Shown in pieces: positions 27,010 to 36,720 of a DNA stretch of 64,000 nt (position 1 is the first letter of the stretch; every line of letters begins with the position of its first letter). The DNA comes from Candidatus Nomurabacteria bacterium. Lineage in GTDB: Bacteria > Patescibacteriota > Minisyncoccia > Phycocordibacterales > UBA9973. A model generated the notes under the pieces. It saw only the letters and a program-made list of their open reading frames with translations. It searched no databases and was not told where the DNA came from. Both the position numbers and the translations under genes were made by a program. The DNA is taken from the NCBI GenBank assembly GCA_016699085.1, contig CP064958.1:540619-604618 (forward strand), written 5' to 3'.

Positions 27010-27327
27010 ATGTTTCTTGATCTCATCAAGAGGGCATATGCAGCGGGTCCAATCGAGAGTTCTGTTGATTCGCTCCTAGCGAAAATCAATAAAGTCATAT
27101 TGAATCCACTCATCATTCTCATGTTCGCTGTTGCGCTGGTCTACTTCATGTATGGTGTCGTTGAATTTCTCGCGAACTCAACCAGTGAAGATGCTAGGAA
27201 AACAGGCAAGGCTCACATGCTCTACGGAGTTATCGGTATGTTCATTATGATTGCGGTGTATGCGATTATGAATATTATCGTGAACACACTCGGAGTCACG
27301 AATATCAATATTCCAAATCCACGTTAG
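27010..27327 (+). CDS. pilin-like paralog 5
   Basis: ATG 27010; loop SEDARKTGK; TM2 VIGMFIMIAVYAIM. Confidence 0.45.
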   Translation: MFLDLIKRAYAAGPIESSVDSLLAKINKVILNPLIILMFAVALVYFMYGVVEFLANSTSEDARKTGKAHMLYGVIGMFIMIAVYAIMNIIVNTLGVTNINIPNPR

Positions 27328-27344
27328 ATATTGCATGGTATAGA

Positions 27345-27385
27345 AATAAAAAAAGCCGCTCTCAGAAATGAGGGGCGGCTTTTGC
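27345..27385. terminator. bidirectional intrinsic terminator (aaaaaaagccgctc...gaggggcggcttttg)
   Basis: GC-rich stem flanked by an A-run and a T-run. Confidence 0.8.
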
Positions 27386-27402
27386 TGTAATAAAAATTCT
27401 TT

Positions 27403-27918
27403 TTAATGGGGGAATAATGGTGTCCATGTACCTGGACTTACACGAAGTTTAACCGTGTTGTTGTCTGCGCTATCCTCAAAAGGAGTCACGAAGCCAAGTA
27501 CATATGCACCAGCAGCTCCTGCAGCTTTAGCTTGGTCATATGCCATTTGCATTGCCTGAATTGGCTGCGATCCATCATCACTCAACCTTACTGTAAATAC
27601 CGGCCATGGATTATTTGAAATTGAAGACTGTAATAATCCAAGCACGCTGGCATTTAACGGCCACACATTTACGTTCCACGTATCTCCCCAAGGGCGTGGT
27701 GCGCTTGTTGAAATATATACATAAAATTGTGCTGGTTGATTAATACTGAATGCACAGGAGATCTTTCCTGTATAGTCATGAGTATAGAACCACTCACCGT
27801 TTGGTGAAGTGTTCGGGGCTACCTCTCCACCTATTCCAAACAGCTCGCTGCCTTTCGTGCAGCTTGCAAATGATAATGTAACAAAAACAAAAGTAAGAAT
27901 TTTTATTGAATTTTTCAT
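27403..27918 (-). CDS. secreted lipoprotein (hypothetical)
   Basis: MKNSIKILTFVFVTLSFASC signal plus lipobox. Confidence 0.5.
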   Translation of the reverse strand: MKNSIKILTFVFVTLSFASCTKGSELFGIGGEVAPNTSPNGEWFYTHDYTGKISCAFSINQPAQFYVYISTSAPRPWGDTWNVNVWPLNASVLGLLQSSISNNPWPVFTVRLSDDGSQPIQAMQMAYDQAKAAGAAGAYVLGFVTPFEDSADNNTVKLRVSPGTWTPLFPH

Positions 27919-28118
27919 AGTGTATGGTTTTTTTGAAAGGTTTAGAATGAATGATTCTAGGCACAAAGATGTGCTCACAATCATTCACTCAAACCAAAAC
28001 CAAACTACGAAGTAATGAACCTTTCTGATATAAGTATAGCATATACAACTATAAATGTCAAGTAGCTGTGATATCTAAAATGCTTTATAAAATAAGGCTT
28101 ATTTGCTAGGATAGGAGA

Positions 28119-28805
28119 GTGAAATTAACTATTCTCATCCCTTGCTTCAATGAAGAAAGAACTATCGCAACAGTTCTCGAAAGGGTAAAAAAGGCTCCGA
28201 TTGGGGATGTAACAAAAGAAATTATCGTAATTGATGATGGTTCGACAGATAAGACCAGAGATATTCTTTTGAGCTATCAAGATGATGCAGTAATCCAAGT
28301 CGTACATCATGCGGTAAATGAAGGCAAAGGCAAATCAATACGTACAGGACTTGAGATCGCAACAGGGGATATTGTTTTGATCCAAGATGCAGATCTTGAG
28401 TATGATCCCAACGAGTATATGAAACTTTTGGAACCGATGCTTCATACTAACGCACCTGTTGTATATGGTTCGAGATATATGACCCCTCTATCAAAAAATC
28501 TTCGACCTTGGGGAACAGGATTTATTACAGAGGTAACTAATGTGTTGTATGGCTCAAAACTTACTGATGAACCGACATGCTACAAATTATTTACAAGAGA
28601 AGTAATCAAAAATATTACATTTGAAACATCTGGTTTTGCGTTTTGTCCAGAAGTAACAGCAAAAATCCTAAGAAAGCATATATCTATCGTTGAAGTACCG
28701 ATAACATATCATCGCCGTACTAAAAGTGAAGGCAAGAAGTTATCGTGGTTTCGAGATGGTTTTGGTGCATTGTGGACACTTATAAAGTATCGAATTGTTG
28801 ACTAA
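28119..28805 (+). CDS. family-2 glycosyltransferase (polyprenyl-phosphate sugar synthase, Dpm1/GtrB/ArnC-like)
   Basis: ILIPCFNEE...VIDDGSTD...DADL...motifs; GTG start. Confidence 0.8.
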   Translation: MKLTILIPCFNEERTIATVLERVKKAPIGDVTKEIIVIDDGSTDKTRDILLSYQDDAVIQVVHHAVNEGKGKSIRTGLEIATGDIVLIQDADLEYDPNEYMKLLEPMLHTNAPVVYGSRYMTPLSKNLRPWGTGFITEVTNVLYGSKLTDEPTCYKLFTREVIKNITFETSGFAFCPEVTAKILRKHISIVEVPITYHRRTKSEGKKLSWFRDGFGALWTLIKYRIVD

Positions 28806-28936
28806 ACAGAAAATAATTTTCGGCGTGGATTTTTAAGAAGACGGATATTTTCTTGCTAGAAAATTCCTCGTACTCGGCTCGCCAGCCTCACAAGCATCTT
28901 AAAAATCCACACCTCAACAATAAGTATCGACTTATA

Positions 28937-30601
28937 TTATTTAAGGCTATACACTCGGACATTGGGGAATGTCGCGTCTTCGAATACTTTAGTAAATCTG
29001 GGGTCATTTTCCAAAAGCTTTTGAAATGTTGGCTTGTTTTTATTTTGTAAGAAATAACGCGTATCAATAAAGACAAATTGGGTCTTTATTGTATCTTGTA
29101 GGAATGCGTATGCATCTTCGCCTTGGCTGCATGTTGGTTCACCACAGATAAGCTCACCAGAGTTTAGGTGGAGCATTTTATAATATAGTGTCTCATCATG
29201 CATATAGGTAAATGTCGGATCAAGGCCGCTGGTGTACTGAAGTGTTGGGTTAAAGAAAAAGAGTCCCGTAAACATACCAAATCGTGGTGTGTAGATGATT
29301 GATCCTGGGATTACATGAGTTTGCAGGTATTCGCTCGCACCCTTGTACATAAGGTAGCTCGGTGCCTTTCTCTCTGTACGGATCATGCTGGTGGTTTGAG
29401 CGACAAATATAAGTGCCATAAAAAGGAATGCCAGTATTCTAAACTTTTTTGCATGGTCGATGAACATTCTGTATAAGACACGTAGTAAGTCTTGGAATTT
29501 ATGATGTATAGCAGTGACTTCGTATATATCCTGTTTAAGGATCGGTATATACAAAGTGATAGTTGTCAGTACATATAGTAATGCAAAAGGAAATGCGTAT
29601 TCAATCGTGCGTTCAACAACAAAAAATCCAATAACGAACGAACTAGCCAGGCAAAATAAAAACCACGTTGTAAAAGATACTACTCGTTTGCCGCGAGTGA
29701 AAAGTATGTAGAGTGTTGTCAGGAAGCATATAGCAAACAATGCTACCCAATATTCGTGGGCAATATTGCCTAGTGCATTGCCAAGTTCTGCTGGTTGACC
29801 TGGGGTATCGGTAAATATCGTTCTATAAATCGTGAGTATATGCACCAGGTAGCCATTGTACAGGTACTGGAGCGAATCTGGTCGGGTAGCTATACCGACG
29901 GCAAGTGCTGCAAAAGAGATAAGTAGTGGTTTTATTGATACAAGAAAAGATTGCTTGCCATGATAGAAAAGTGACGCAAGGAAATAAATTCCTGGTGGGA
30001 TAAGAATTAAAAATGAGGCAGAATAAAAGAATGGAAATAGAAAAATGGATAGAAATAACCAGGTGTATCTCTGCCTTACTAAGCAGGCAAAGACGATAAG
30101 CATAAAGATAATCGAAATCGTATGCGGCCGCTCTAATAAAATACGGAAGCTAAAAATATGTGAAACAGCAAAAAGGAGAATCGTCCCTATGAGTGCAGTT
30201 GGGATTTTGCTGAGTCTGCTATTGATTAAAAACAGACATCTGGAAATCACTAAGTAAAACGTCAGGAATAGTAATCCGTTAATGAGTGAATGATATATTT
30301 TATCTCCAATTATGAGCGCCTGGTAGTTATCTCCTTGGAAAAGGAATGTAAAAGGTGCCATGGTGACGTGATAGAGCGCATAGAGATTAACAGGCTTATC
30401 GGAAAGGGTAGAGAATACTGGCATCAGTATCGTTTCGTTACTCCAGATACTTGCAGAACGCATCGCATGATAGTACGGATCATCGGCAGATGATAGTGAG
30501 AAGGATTGGAGGCGAATACAGAGTGTAAAGAGAAAGAAAAAGAGAAATACAGCTAGCGGAAAGAACTTTTGATATTTCGTAAGGTTATGAGATATAGCCA
30601 T
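28937..30601 (-). CDS. large polytopic membrane protein, putative GT-C-fold glycosyltransferase (ArnT/PMT/YfhO-like)
   Basis: About 12 TM segments plus a C-terminal soluble domain, next to a GT2 gene; ATG 30601 preferred over the TTG track start. Confidence 0.45.
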   Translation of the reverse strand: MAISHNLTKYQKFFPLAVFLFFFLFTLCIRLQSFSLSSADDPYYHAMRSASIWSNETILMPVFSTLSDKPVNLYALYHVTMAPFTFLFQGDNYQALIIGDKIYHSLINGLLFLTFYLVISRCLFLINSRLSKIPTALIGTILLFAVSHIFSFRILLERPHTISIIFMLIVFACLVRQRYTWLFLSIFLFPFFYSASFLILIPPGIYFLASLFYHGKQSFLVSIKPLLISFAALAVGIATRPDSLQYLYNGYLVHILTIYRTIFTDTPGQPAELGNALGNIAHEYWVALFAICFLTTLYILFTRGKRVVSFTTWFLFCLASSFVIGFFVVERTIEYAFPFALLYVLTTITLYIPILKQDIYEVTAIHHKFQDLLRVLYRMFIDHAKKFRILAFLFMALIFVAQTTSMIRTERKAPSYLMYKGASEYLQTHVIPGSIIYTPRFGMFTGLFFFNPTLQYTSGLDPTFTYMHDETLYYKMLHLNSGELICGEPTCSQGEDAYAFLQDTIKTQFVFIDTRYFLQNKNKPTFQKLLENDPRFTKVFEDATFPNVRVYSLK

Positions 30602-30782
30602 ATCCCATAATAGCCCAAAAACCTTTATTTCCAATCTATTATTGACAAATAGGTATATTTATGATATTATGTTGTCTATATAGGTACTTTGACAAAGGTT
30701 GCATGTAATCAGTTTTGTCTGTCTCAAAAAGTAACAGAGATTGATAAACCTGATTACATTTCTAACCTAAAATAAAAAATAC

Positions 30783-31916
30783 ATGAAAAATCAAATCCTG
30801 TTTTTCTTTTTGTTGATTGTAATTCTTACTTCATGCAATAAAAAAAATGATACATCAGCAGATGGATCAACGTTTGTTATTTCTGAAAGAAACAGCAAAT
30901 GGGCAATTCATAAAGCAACTGATTCTGGTGTATATCGATATGATAGGGTTTATGATTTATACCTGAATGAAAATATGGATAAAACAATTCACCAGAATGC
31001 AATCGTAAAAAAACGAGATGCATATCCAACAAATTCCGATTATTTTTTTGTCACTGAAATTGCTGACCCAAAAACTTGGAAATCAATGTATGGGTTAGTT
31101 ATTGACGACGAAGTTCTATTTGAACCGGGTCAATTTGACTCGTATGAGTTATTGGATGCAAAAGAAAACGGCGTTTTTATCAGAACAAAAAAAGGCACGG
31201 CGTATAGTGTGTATGATATTTATGGAGAGATCATAGTGCCTGCCACTGACAGTCTCCCGGATATTGCACGTTGGCAGGAGAGTGCTTTTATTGTTAATTC
31301 GACAAAAGGAAAGTTAGTCTACACATTCAGTGGACAATATAAATTTGGTCCATACGAAAATATATATTTTACTGATGGGTGTCTTAATTGGAGAAACAAA
31401 AATATCGCTGGACTCATTGATTTGAGAAATAATAATAATGCCTTCTCAATTGAAGATAATGATAAAGATATGACGTTTTATCGATATGATGGTCGAGGGA
31501 AATTTTTCCTTATCTCAAAAGAGAAAAGTAGTATGTGGGGAATTGTAGATAAAAAAGGTAAAATTATTATTTCACCAAATAATACTGGGAGGCGTTGTTT
31601 TGTTACAGACAGTATAGTTGCGTATATTGAAAAAAACTTTCTTACATATTGTACTCTGTATAATGGGCAATGCTACTCAACTGATATTAAAGTTAGTTCA
31701 GTTGGGGATAAGGCGCAAGATGGGCTCTTTACAGTAGCCTTTGACAATAAGACAGGTGTCTTTGATTTTAAGTCAAAAAAATTACTTCTTCCCATGGAGT
31801 ATATAAGGGTGGATATTAATGAGAAAAACATTGAATGTAAGAAAAGTGTTGACGATGCGAAATGGGGAGTATTTGATTTTTCAGGAAAATTCATTATGTT
31901 TGACTACGTTTATTAA
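30783..31916 (+). CDS. WG-repeat lipoprotein
   Basis: Lipobox LTSC; repeated (K/M)WG(I/V)(V/F)D..GK.I(I/M) units (SMWGIVDKKGKIII, KWGVFDFSGKFIM and others). Confidence 0.6.
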   Translation: MKNQILFFFLLIVILTSCNKKNDTSADGSTFVISERNSKWAIHKATDSGVYRYDRVYDLYLNENMDKTIHQNAIVKKRDAYPTNSDYFFVTEIADPKTWKSMYGLVIDDEVLFEPGQFDSYELLDAKENGVFIRTKKGTAYSVYDIYGEIIVPATDSLPDIARWQESAFIVNSTKGKLVYTFSGQYKFGPYENIYFTDGCLNWRNKNIAGLIDLRNNNNAFSIEDNDKDMTFYRYDGRGKFFLISKEKSSMWGIVDKKGKIIISPNNTGRRCFVTDSIVAYIEKNFLTYCTLYNGQCYSTDIKVSSVGDKAQDGLFTVAFDNKTGVFDFKSKKLLLPMEYIRVDINEKNIECKKSVDDAKWGVFDFSGKFIMFDYVY

Positions 31917-32033
31917 GAAGTTAGTAAGTGAACAGATCCTATGCATTCATGCATGGGATTTTTTATATCTGGTCCTTAACTTTTAATCAAAAATAAGCTA
32001 TGATGCAAAAGCTATTCAATATATTGGATACAT

Positions 32034-32120
32034 GCCGGGATGGCGAAATTGGCAGACGCACTTGCCTTAGGAGCAAGCGAGAGTAATCTCATGGAGGTTC
32101 AAGTCCTCTTCCCGGCACCA
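32034..32120 (+). tRNA. tRNA-Leu (TAG)
   Basis: Acceptor GCCGGGA/TCCCGGC, anticodon loop CTTAGGA, long variable arm, CCA encoded. Confidence 0.85.
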
Positions 32121-32122
32121 AC

Positions 32123-32194
32123 GGCCTAGTCGCCAAGTGGTAAGGCAAGAGTCTGCAAAACTCTTATACGGCGGTCCGATTCCGCCCTAGGCCT
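32123..32194 (+). tRNA. tRNA-Cys (GCA)
   Basis: Acceptor GGCCTAG/CTAGGCC, anticodon loop CTGCAAA. Confidence 0.8.
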
Positions 32195-32213
32195 CCGTTT
32201 TGATATTTAACAT

Positions 32214-32297
32214 GCCCGGGTGACGGAATTGGTAGACGTAGGGGACTTAAAATCCCCAGACAGCAATGTCGTGCGGGTTCGATTCCCGCCCTGGGCA
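32214..32297 (+). tRNA. tRNA-Leu (TAA)
   Basis: Anticodon loop CTTAAAA, long variable arm. Confidence 0.85.
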
Positions 32298-32300
32298 CAT

Positions 32301-32852
32301 TTATATTTCATAGATATACAACGTATGGTATCCGCGAGGCAATGAATATTTTTTTGTCTCGATCGGGGCGAGATCTTTAAACTTAAAGTCACATGAGACG
32401 ATACGAGTGCCAGGCTTGAGTTCCTGCCTTAGTTTAGGTAGCAATGCATCCATAACTTTTGGTAAGAGGTACATAAAAATATGTGTGGCATTATGAATAT
32501 CTACGTTAAAAAAATCTCCGTGGATGAGTGTTAGATTTCTCTTTGACCAAAAGGTATTCCAAAACTTTGCAGTGTAGTAGGGAAGGTCTGCCCACTCAAC
32601 ACCGACCGTATGGATAGTTTTGTTTCTTTTCATAGCGTAGCGAAGCGCTCGGCTGTCGCCACAACCGAGGTCATACAGGATGGCATCCGGAGACAAATGT
32701 AATTCCTCGTAAATATAGGGGAGCATTTTCTCTGGAACTGGCAGAAATGGGACCTTGGTTTTGGCTTTGCCTCGAATAAGCATAATGAGCGCTATGAGCT
32801 CAAAGAGGATAGTGATGATGAGGAGAGTAAGGAAAATATAGTAGAGGGTCAT
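32301..32852 (-). CDS. class I SAM-dependent methyltransferase with N-terminal TM anchor
   Basis: ILYDLGCGDSRALRYA motif I; ATG 32852 preferred; the longer track ORF runs into the tRNA-Lys-linked element. Confidence 0.6.
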   Translation of the reverse strand: MTLYYIFLTLLIITILFELIALIMLIRGKAKTKVPFLPVPEKMLPYIYEELHLSPDAILYDLGCGDSRALRYAMKRNKTIHTVGVEWADLPYYTAKFWNTFWSKRNLTLIHGDFFNVDIHNATHIFMYLLPKVMDALLPKLRQELKPGTRIVSCDFKFKDLAPIETKKYSLPRGYHTLYIYEI

Positions 32853-32930
32853 GAGATGATTTTTGAAATTAATACTTGCGACCCCGCCTCGGCACCGACG
32901 TGCCTGCGGCTCGCACAAGTCCATCTTTGT

Positions 32931-33016
32931 GGTCAGGAATAGTTTTCTACTGAAAACTTTCCCGACCCTGGCTCGCGCCGTCGCGCTCCGCCTCGCACAA
33001 AGTGCCCCGCACTTTG
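32931..33016 (-). repeat. tRNA-linked conserved element, copy at tRNA-Lys (hairpin ggtcaggaatagttttctactgaaaactttcccgacc plus GC module ctcgcgccgtcgcgctccgcctcg)
   Basis: Same family as 45911-46036, 47705-47837 and 61421-61566; the most diverged copy. Confidence 0.7.
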
Positions 33017-33089
33017 TGCGCCCGGTAGGAATCGAACCTACGACAATCTCCTTAAGAGGGAGCTGCTCTACCAACTGAGCTACGGGCGC
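33017..33089 (-). tRNA. tRNA-Lys (CTT)
   Basis: Acceptor GCGCCCG/CGGGCGC, anticodon loop CTCTTAA. Confidence 0.85.
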
Positions 33090-33152
33090 AAATATTCTAA
33101 TTACGAATTAGGAATGCAAAATCAGTATACCGAAAATTATAACAAAATCCAG

Positions 33153-33491
33153 TTATCGGTCTTTGTCACCAAGTAGAAGCTCATCAATCTTCTGCCGGTT
33201 GATTTCACCACCATCAATCATGGCATCCAAATAGGGGATGGAATGAGTTCGCATATGTTCCATAAGGTATGTTCGAAGTTCGCCTAAGTTGCGCTTGATA
33301 AAATCAAGCACTTGTTCGCGTTTAGAATCAGGAAGAACTGAAAGTAGTATTGTCGCACTTTTTTCATCCTGTGAGACGATCACTCTCGTTACTGAAACCA
33401 ACGCATCTCTGTTACTGATAGTTTCAATAAATGTTGCTGCAAGTTCTCTAATAAGTTCTTCTATTCGATCGTGTCGGTGTGGATTATTCAT
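33153..33491 (-). CDS. rbfA: ribosome-binding factor A
   Basis: RIEELIRELAATFI...VSVTRV pattern. Confidence 0.85.
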   Translation of the reverse strand: MNNPHRHDRIEELIRELAATFIETISNRDALVSVTRVIVSQDEKSATILLSVLPDSKREQVLDFIKRNLGELRTYLMEHMRTHSIPYLDAMIDGGEINRQKIDELLLGDKDR

Positions 33492-34989
33492 AGATAGTTA
33501 CAAAGGTTTCAAGTATGTCGCCAGCTGAGATTTCAACTTTTGATTCAATCAAAATGCCGCACTCGACGCCTTCGATTACTTCTTTTACTTTTGCTCTGCC
33601 TTGCTCGATGCCGACAATATTACCTTTGCCGATTTCGAAATCACGGCGAAGAATTCTTACTGTTCCGCCATCGACAATTTTACCTTCGGTAACCTTACCG
33701 CCAACGACTTGTTTTTCTTTTGTCTTACTGAAGCATTTAATAATTTTAAGTCGTCCAGTGACCGAGAGTACCTCCTTGCGGGGTTTACGTTTCTCCGCTT
33801 CTTCCTTTAGGAAATCATTCATATGGTAAATAACATCAAATAATTTGATGGTGACGCCAGTTTTCTCATTCAAGTCACGTGCGCGTGGATCTAGTTTCGT
33901 ATTAAAGCCAAGAATTATTGTGGTTGGATCAGAGCCCGCGAGTCTAATATCGTTCTCGCCGATTGATCCGACTGTACTATCAAGAATTTTAAATTTCACT
34001 TCTTCGAGTTCGAGTTTTTTCAATTCTTTAACTACTGCTTCACTTGCACCTTGGACATCTGTTTTAATAATTATCGGAATAGTGACTGTGCCTACGGGAA
34101 CACTATAGGCATCAGGTACAATCTTTTGATTGTTGGCGCAAAAATTTTGTACGCATGCATCAGCTTCTTTTTTAGTAGCAAAGGTCGCAAAGACACTACC
34201 AGCAGGTGGTAGCTCAGAAAATCCTGCAATAGCAATAGGAGATGATACTGTTGCACTATCGATGCTCTTGCCCGTATAGTCTTCGAAAATTCGAACAGGC
34301 GCACTTGCTTTGTCTGCAACAATAAAGCTTCCGCGTGTTACGGTGCCATTTTTAATGATGAGAGTAGATGATATGCCGCGCTTGCGATCAAGATGAGACT
34401 CGATAATCACACCAACGCCTGGGAGGGTTGGATCGGCACGCAATTCTTTTACTTCTGCAACGAGGAGTATGGTATCGAGAAGTTCAGGTATGCCATCGCC
34501 TGTTTTAGCTGATATAGGAACGACTGGTACATCACCGCCATAGCCTTCGAGGTAAATACCTTTTTCCGCTAAATCAATTTTTACTTTTTCAATATTGGCA
34601 CCTGGCTTATCGATTTTATTAATAGCGACGATGAGTGACAATTTACTTTCGGAAATAGTTTGCCAAGCTTCTACTGTTTGTGCTTTGACAGAGTCTTCTG
34701 CTGAGACGACGAGTATGGCAATGTCTGCGGCGATCGCACCACGTTCGCGCATTTTGGTGAATGCTTCATGACCTGGTGTATCTAGAAAGGTAATTTTTTT
34801 ATCTTTGCCTTCATGCTTCTGGATAACTTCGTAGGCAGATAAATGTTGAGTAATGCCTCCGGCTTCACCTGCGGTACTGTTCGACTTCCGAATAAAATCA
34901 AGCAAGGTTGATTTGCCGTGGTCGATATGTCCCATGACAACGACAACAGGGGGACGCTCTATGCTTGTAGGTGTAGTTGCATTTTTCAT
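33484..34989 (-). CDS. infB: translation initiation factor IF-2 (short form)
   Basis: G domain GHIDHGKSTLLD, DTPGHEAF, NKIDK. Confidence 0.9.
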   Translation of the reverse strand: MKNATTPTSIERPPVVVVMGHIDHGKSTLLDFIRKSNSTAGEAGGITQHLSAYEVIQKHEGKDKKITFLDTPGHEAFTKMRERGAIAADIAILVVSAEDSVKAQTVEAWQTISESKLSLIVAINKIDKPGANIEKVKIDLAEKGIYLEGYGGDVPVVPISAKTGDGIPELLDTILLVAEVKELRADPTLPGVGVIIESHLDRKRGISSTLIIKNGTVTRGSFIVADKASAPVRIFEDYTGKSIDSATVSSPIAIAGFSELPPAGSVFATFATKKEADACVQNFCANNQKIVPDAYSVPVGTVTIPIIIKTDVQGASEAVVKELKKLELEEVKFKILDSTVGSIGENDIRLAGSDPTTIILGFNTKLDPRARDLNEKTGVTIKLFDVIYHMNDFLKEEAEKRKPRKEVLSVTGRLKIIKCFSKTKEKQVVGGKVTEGKIVDGGTVRILRRDFEIGKGNIVGIEQGRAKVKEVIEGVECGILIESKVEISAGDILETFVTIYE

Positions 34990-35450
34990 TATTGTTTACT
35001 GTTGGTTATTGCGTTTGTAACAACTGTACTCTCTTCGTCAGTAAGTTCATACGTTGATTCGCCGCGTACAATTGGTTTTGCGAATACACTCATTCGCTCT
35101 CGTGCATAGAGACTCGAAAGTACAATGCCATCGCCGTGTTCATCTGTTAGTGCAATCGCAAAACTTTGATTACTACCAGCATCAGGAAAAGGATTAAATC
35201 GAGTCATGGAAACGCCACGAATTGCTGTCGCGAGCTTGTGGTTAATCGTTGAGAGCTCTCCCTTTATCTGTTTGTTTTCGGATCGTATTTGGCTAATTTC
35301 TTGATTGAGTGCATTGATCTGTCCTTCGAGAGATTGTCCATCTTTACCGCGGAAAAACTTGGCTAGCCTGCGGTGGGTGTGTATAGTAAAAACAGCGAGT
35401 GCGATCGCAAGTAAAATGACTAATATGACGACAATAGTGATTGATTGCAT
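34989..35450 (-). CDS. DUF4446-like membrane-anchored protein
   Basis: N-terminal TM plus coiled coil, and RFNPFPDAGSNQSFAIALTDEHGDGIVLSSL pattern. Confidence 0.5.
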   Translation of the reverse strand: MQSITIVVILVILLAIALAVFTIHTHRRLAKFFRGKDGQSLEGQINALNQEISQIRSENKQIKGELSTINHKLATAIRGVSMTRFNPFPDAGSNQSFAIALTDEHGDGIVLSSLYARERMSVFAKPIVRGESTYELTDEESTVVTNAITNSKQ

Positions 35451-35489
35451 TGAGACAGAGATTATATACTATAAATCGACTTTCGTAAA

Positions 35490-36704
35490 ATGAAAAAAAA
35501 CACTAATAAAAAAAATAAGAGGATATATCTTGACCATGCATCGAGCACTCCGATAGATACATCGGTGTACAATATTCTCACAAAAACGACGAAGACGTTC
35601 TTCGGTAACCCGAGTGCGCTCTACCTTGAAGGACAACAGGCAAAAAAACTGATTGAAGATTCAACAGCAAGTATAGCGAGACTTTTCGACATCCATGCAG
35701 ATGAAATTATTTTTACAAGCGGCGGCACAGAAAGCGATACGCTTGCAATCCAGGGAGTCGTTCGGGGAATTATGACTGACGTTGCCTGGAAAAACCGTCG
35801 GCCACATATACTAGTAAGTGCAATTGAACATGTGGCTGTTTTAGAGACAGTGAAGCAGTTTACAAAGCAGGGGATTGACGTGACGTTGTTGTCGGTGACA
35901 AGCGAAGGTATTGTTGAACCAAAAAGTATTCGGCAGGCAATAACACCTGAGACGATTTTAGTTTCAATCATGTATGCAAACAATGAAATCGGCACTATAC
36001 AACCAATTCGCGAAATTGCAAAAGAAATACGCCATGCAAGAAAGAAAAATAAAAGCTCATATCCATATTTCCATACAGATGCAGCCCAGGCAATCAATTA
36101 TTTGCCAATTCGTATTCCTGCGCTCGGCATTGATATGCTAACCGCAAGCAGCTCAAAGCTATACGGACCAAAAGGTATTGGTATGCTCTATATAAAAAGA
36201 GGAGTTCTCGTTACTCCTATTTTATTTGGCGGTGATCAACAACAGGGATTGCGGCCTGGCACAGAAAGTGCACCGCTGATTGCTGCATTTGCTAAAGCGC
36301 TCGAAATAACAGAGAAAATAAAAGAAAAAGAAACGCTGCGATTGCTGGTACTTAAAAAATTTTTAACATTAGAACTCTTGCGAGCTTTCCCATCCATGCG
36401 TAGTAATGGAAGTAGTGAGGTGAGCTTGCCAAATATTCTCAATGTTACATTCCCGGGATTTACTAGTGAACTTTTGGTCATAGAACTAGACGCAAAAGGT
36501 ATTTCAGTTTCTGCAAAGAGTGCTTGCAAATCTGATGACCCTGAAATCTCTCATGTGCTCGCTGCTATTGGTAAAAATACTCACGATGAGGGAAGTATAC
36601 GCATAGCAATGGGCAGATCAACAACAAAAAATGAGCTGATACATTTTATTGCGTCACTTAAAACAATTTTTGCAAAATATAATACTGTACGTAAAAAATC
36701 CTAA
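35490..36704 (+). CDS. cysteine desulfurase (class V aminotransferase, IscS/NifS-like)
   Basis: SGGTESDTLAI, PLP-lysine region SSSKLYGPKGIG. Confidence 0.85.
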   Translation: MKKNTNKKNKRIYLDHASSTPIDTSVYNILTKTTKTFFGNPSALYLEGQQAKKLIEDSTASIARLFDIHADEIIFTSGGTESDTLAIQGVVRGIMTDVAWKNRRPHILVSAIEHVAVLETVKQFTKQGIDVTLLSVTSEGIVEPKSIRQAITPETILVSIMYANNEIGTIQPIREIAKEIRHARKKNKSSYPYFHTDAAQAINYLPIRIPALGIDMLTASSSKLYGPKGIGMLYIKRGVLVTPILFGGDQQQGLRPGTESAPLIAAFAKALEITEKIKEKETLRLLVLKKFLTLELLRAFPSMRSNGSSEVSLPNILNVTFPGFTSELLVIELDAKGISVSAKSACKSDDPEISHVLAAIGKNTHDEGSIRIAMGRSTTKNELIHFIASLKTIFAKYNTVRKKS

Positions 36705-36720
36705 ATGCTATACTTTTAGT

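Noticed and set aside
32207-33078. Track ORFs 32207..32392(-), 32863..33078(+) and the N-terminal 74 codons of 32301..33074(-)
   Set aside because: They overlap tRNA-Leu(TAA), tRNA-Lys and the GC-rich tRNA-linked repeat. The methyltransferase is better started at ATG 32852.
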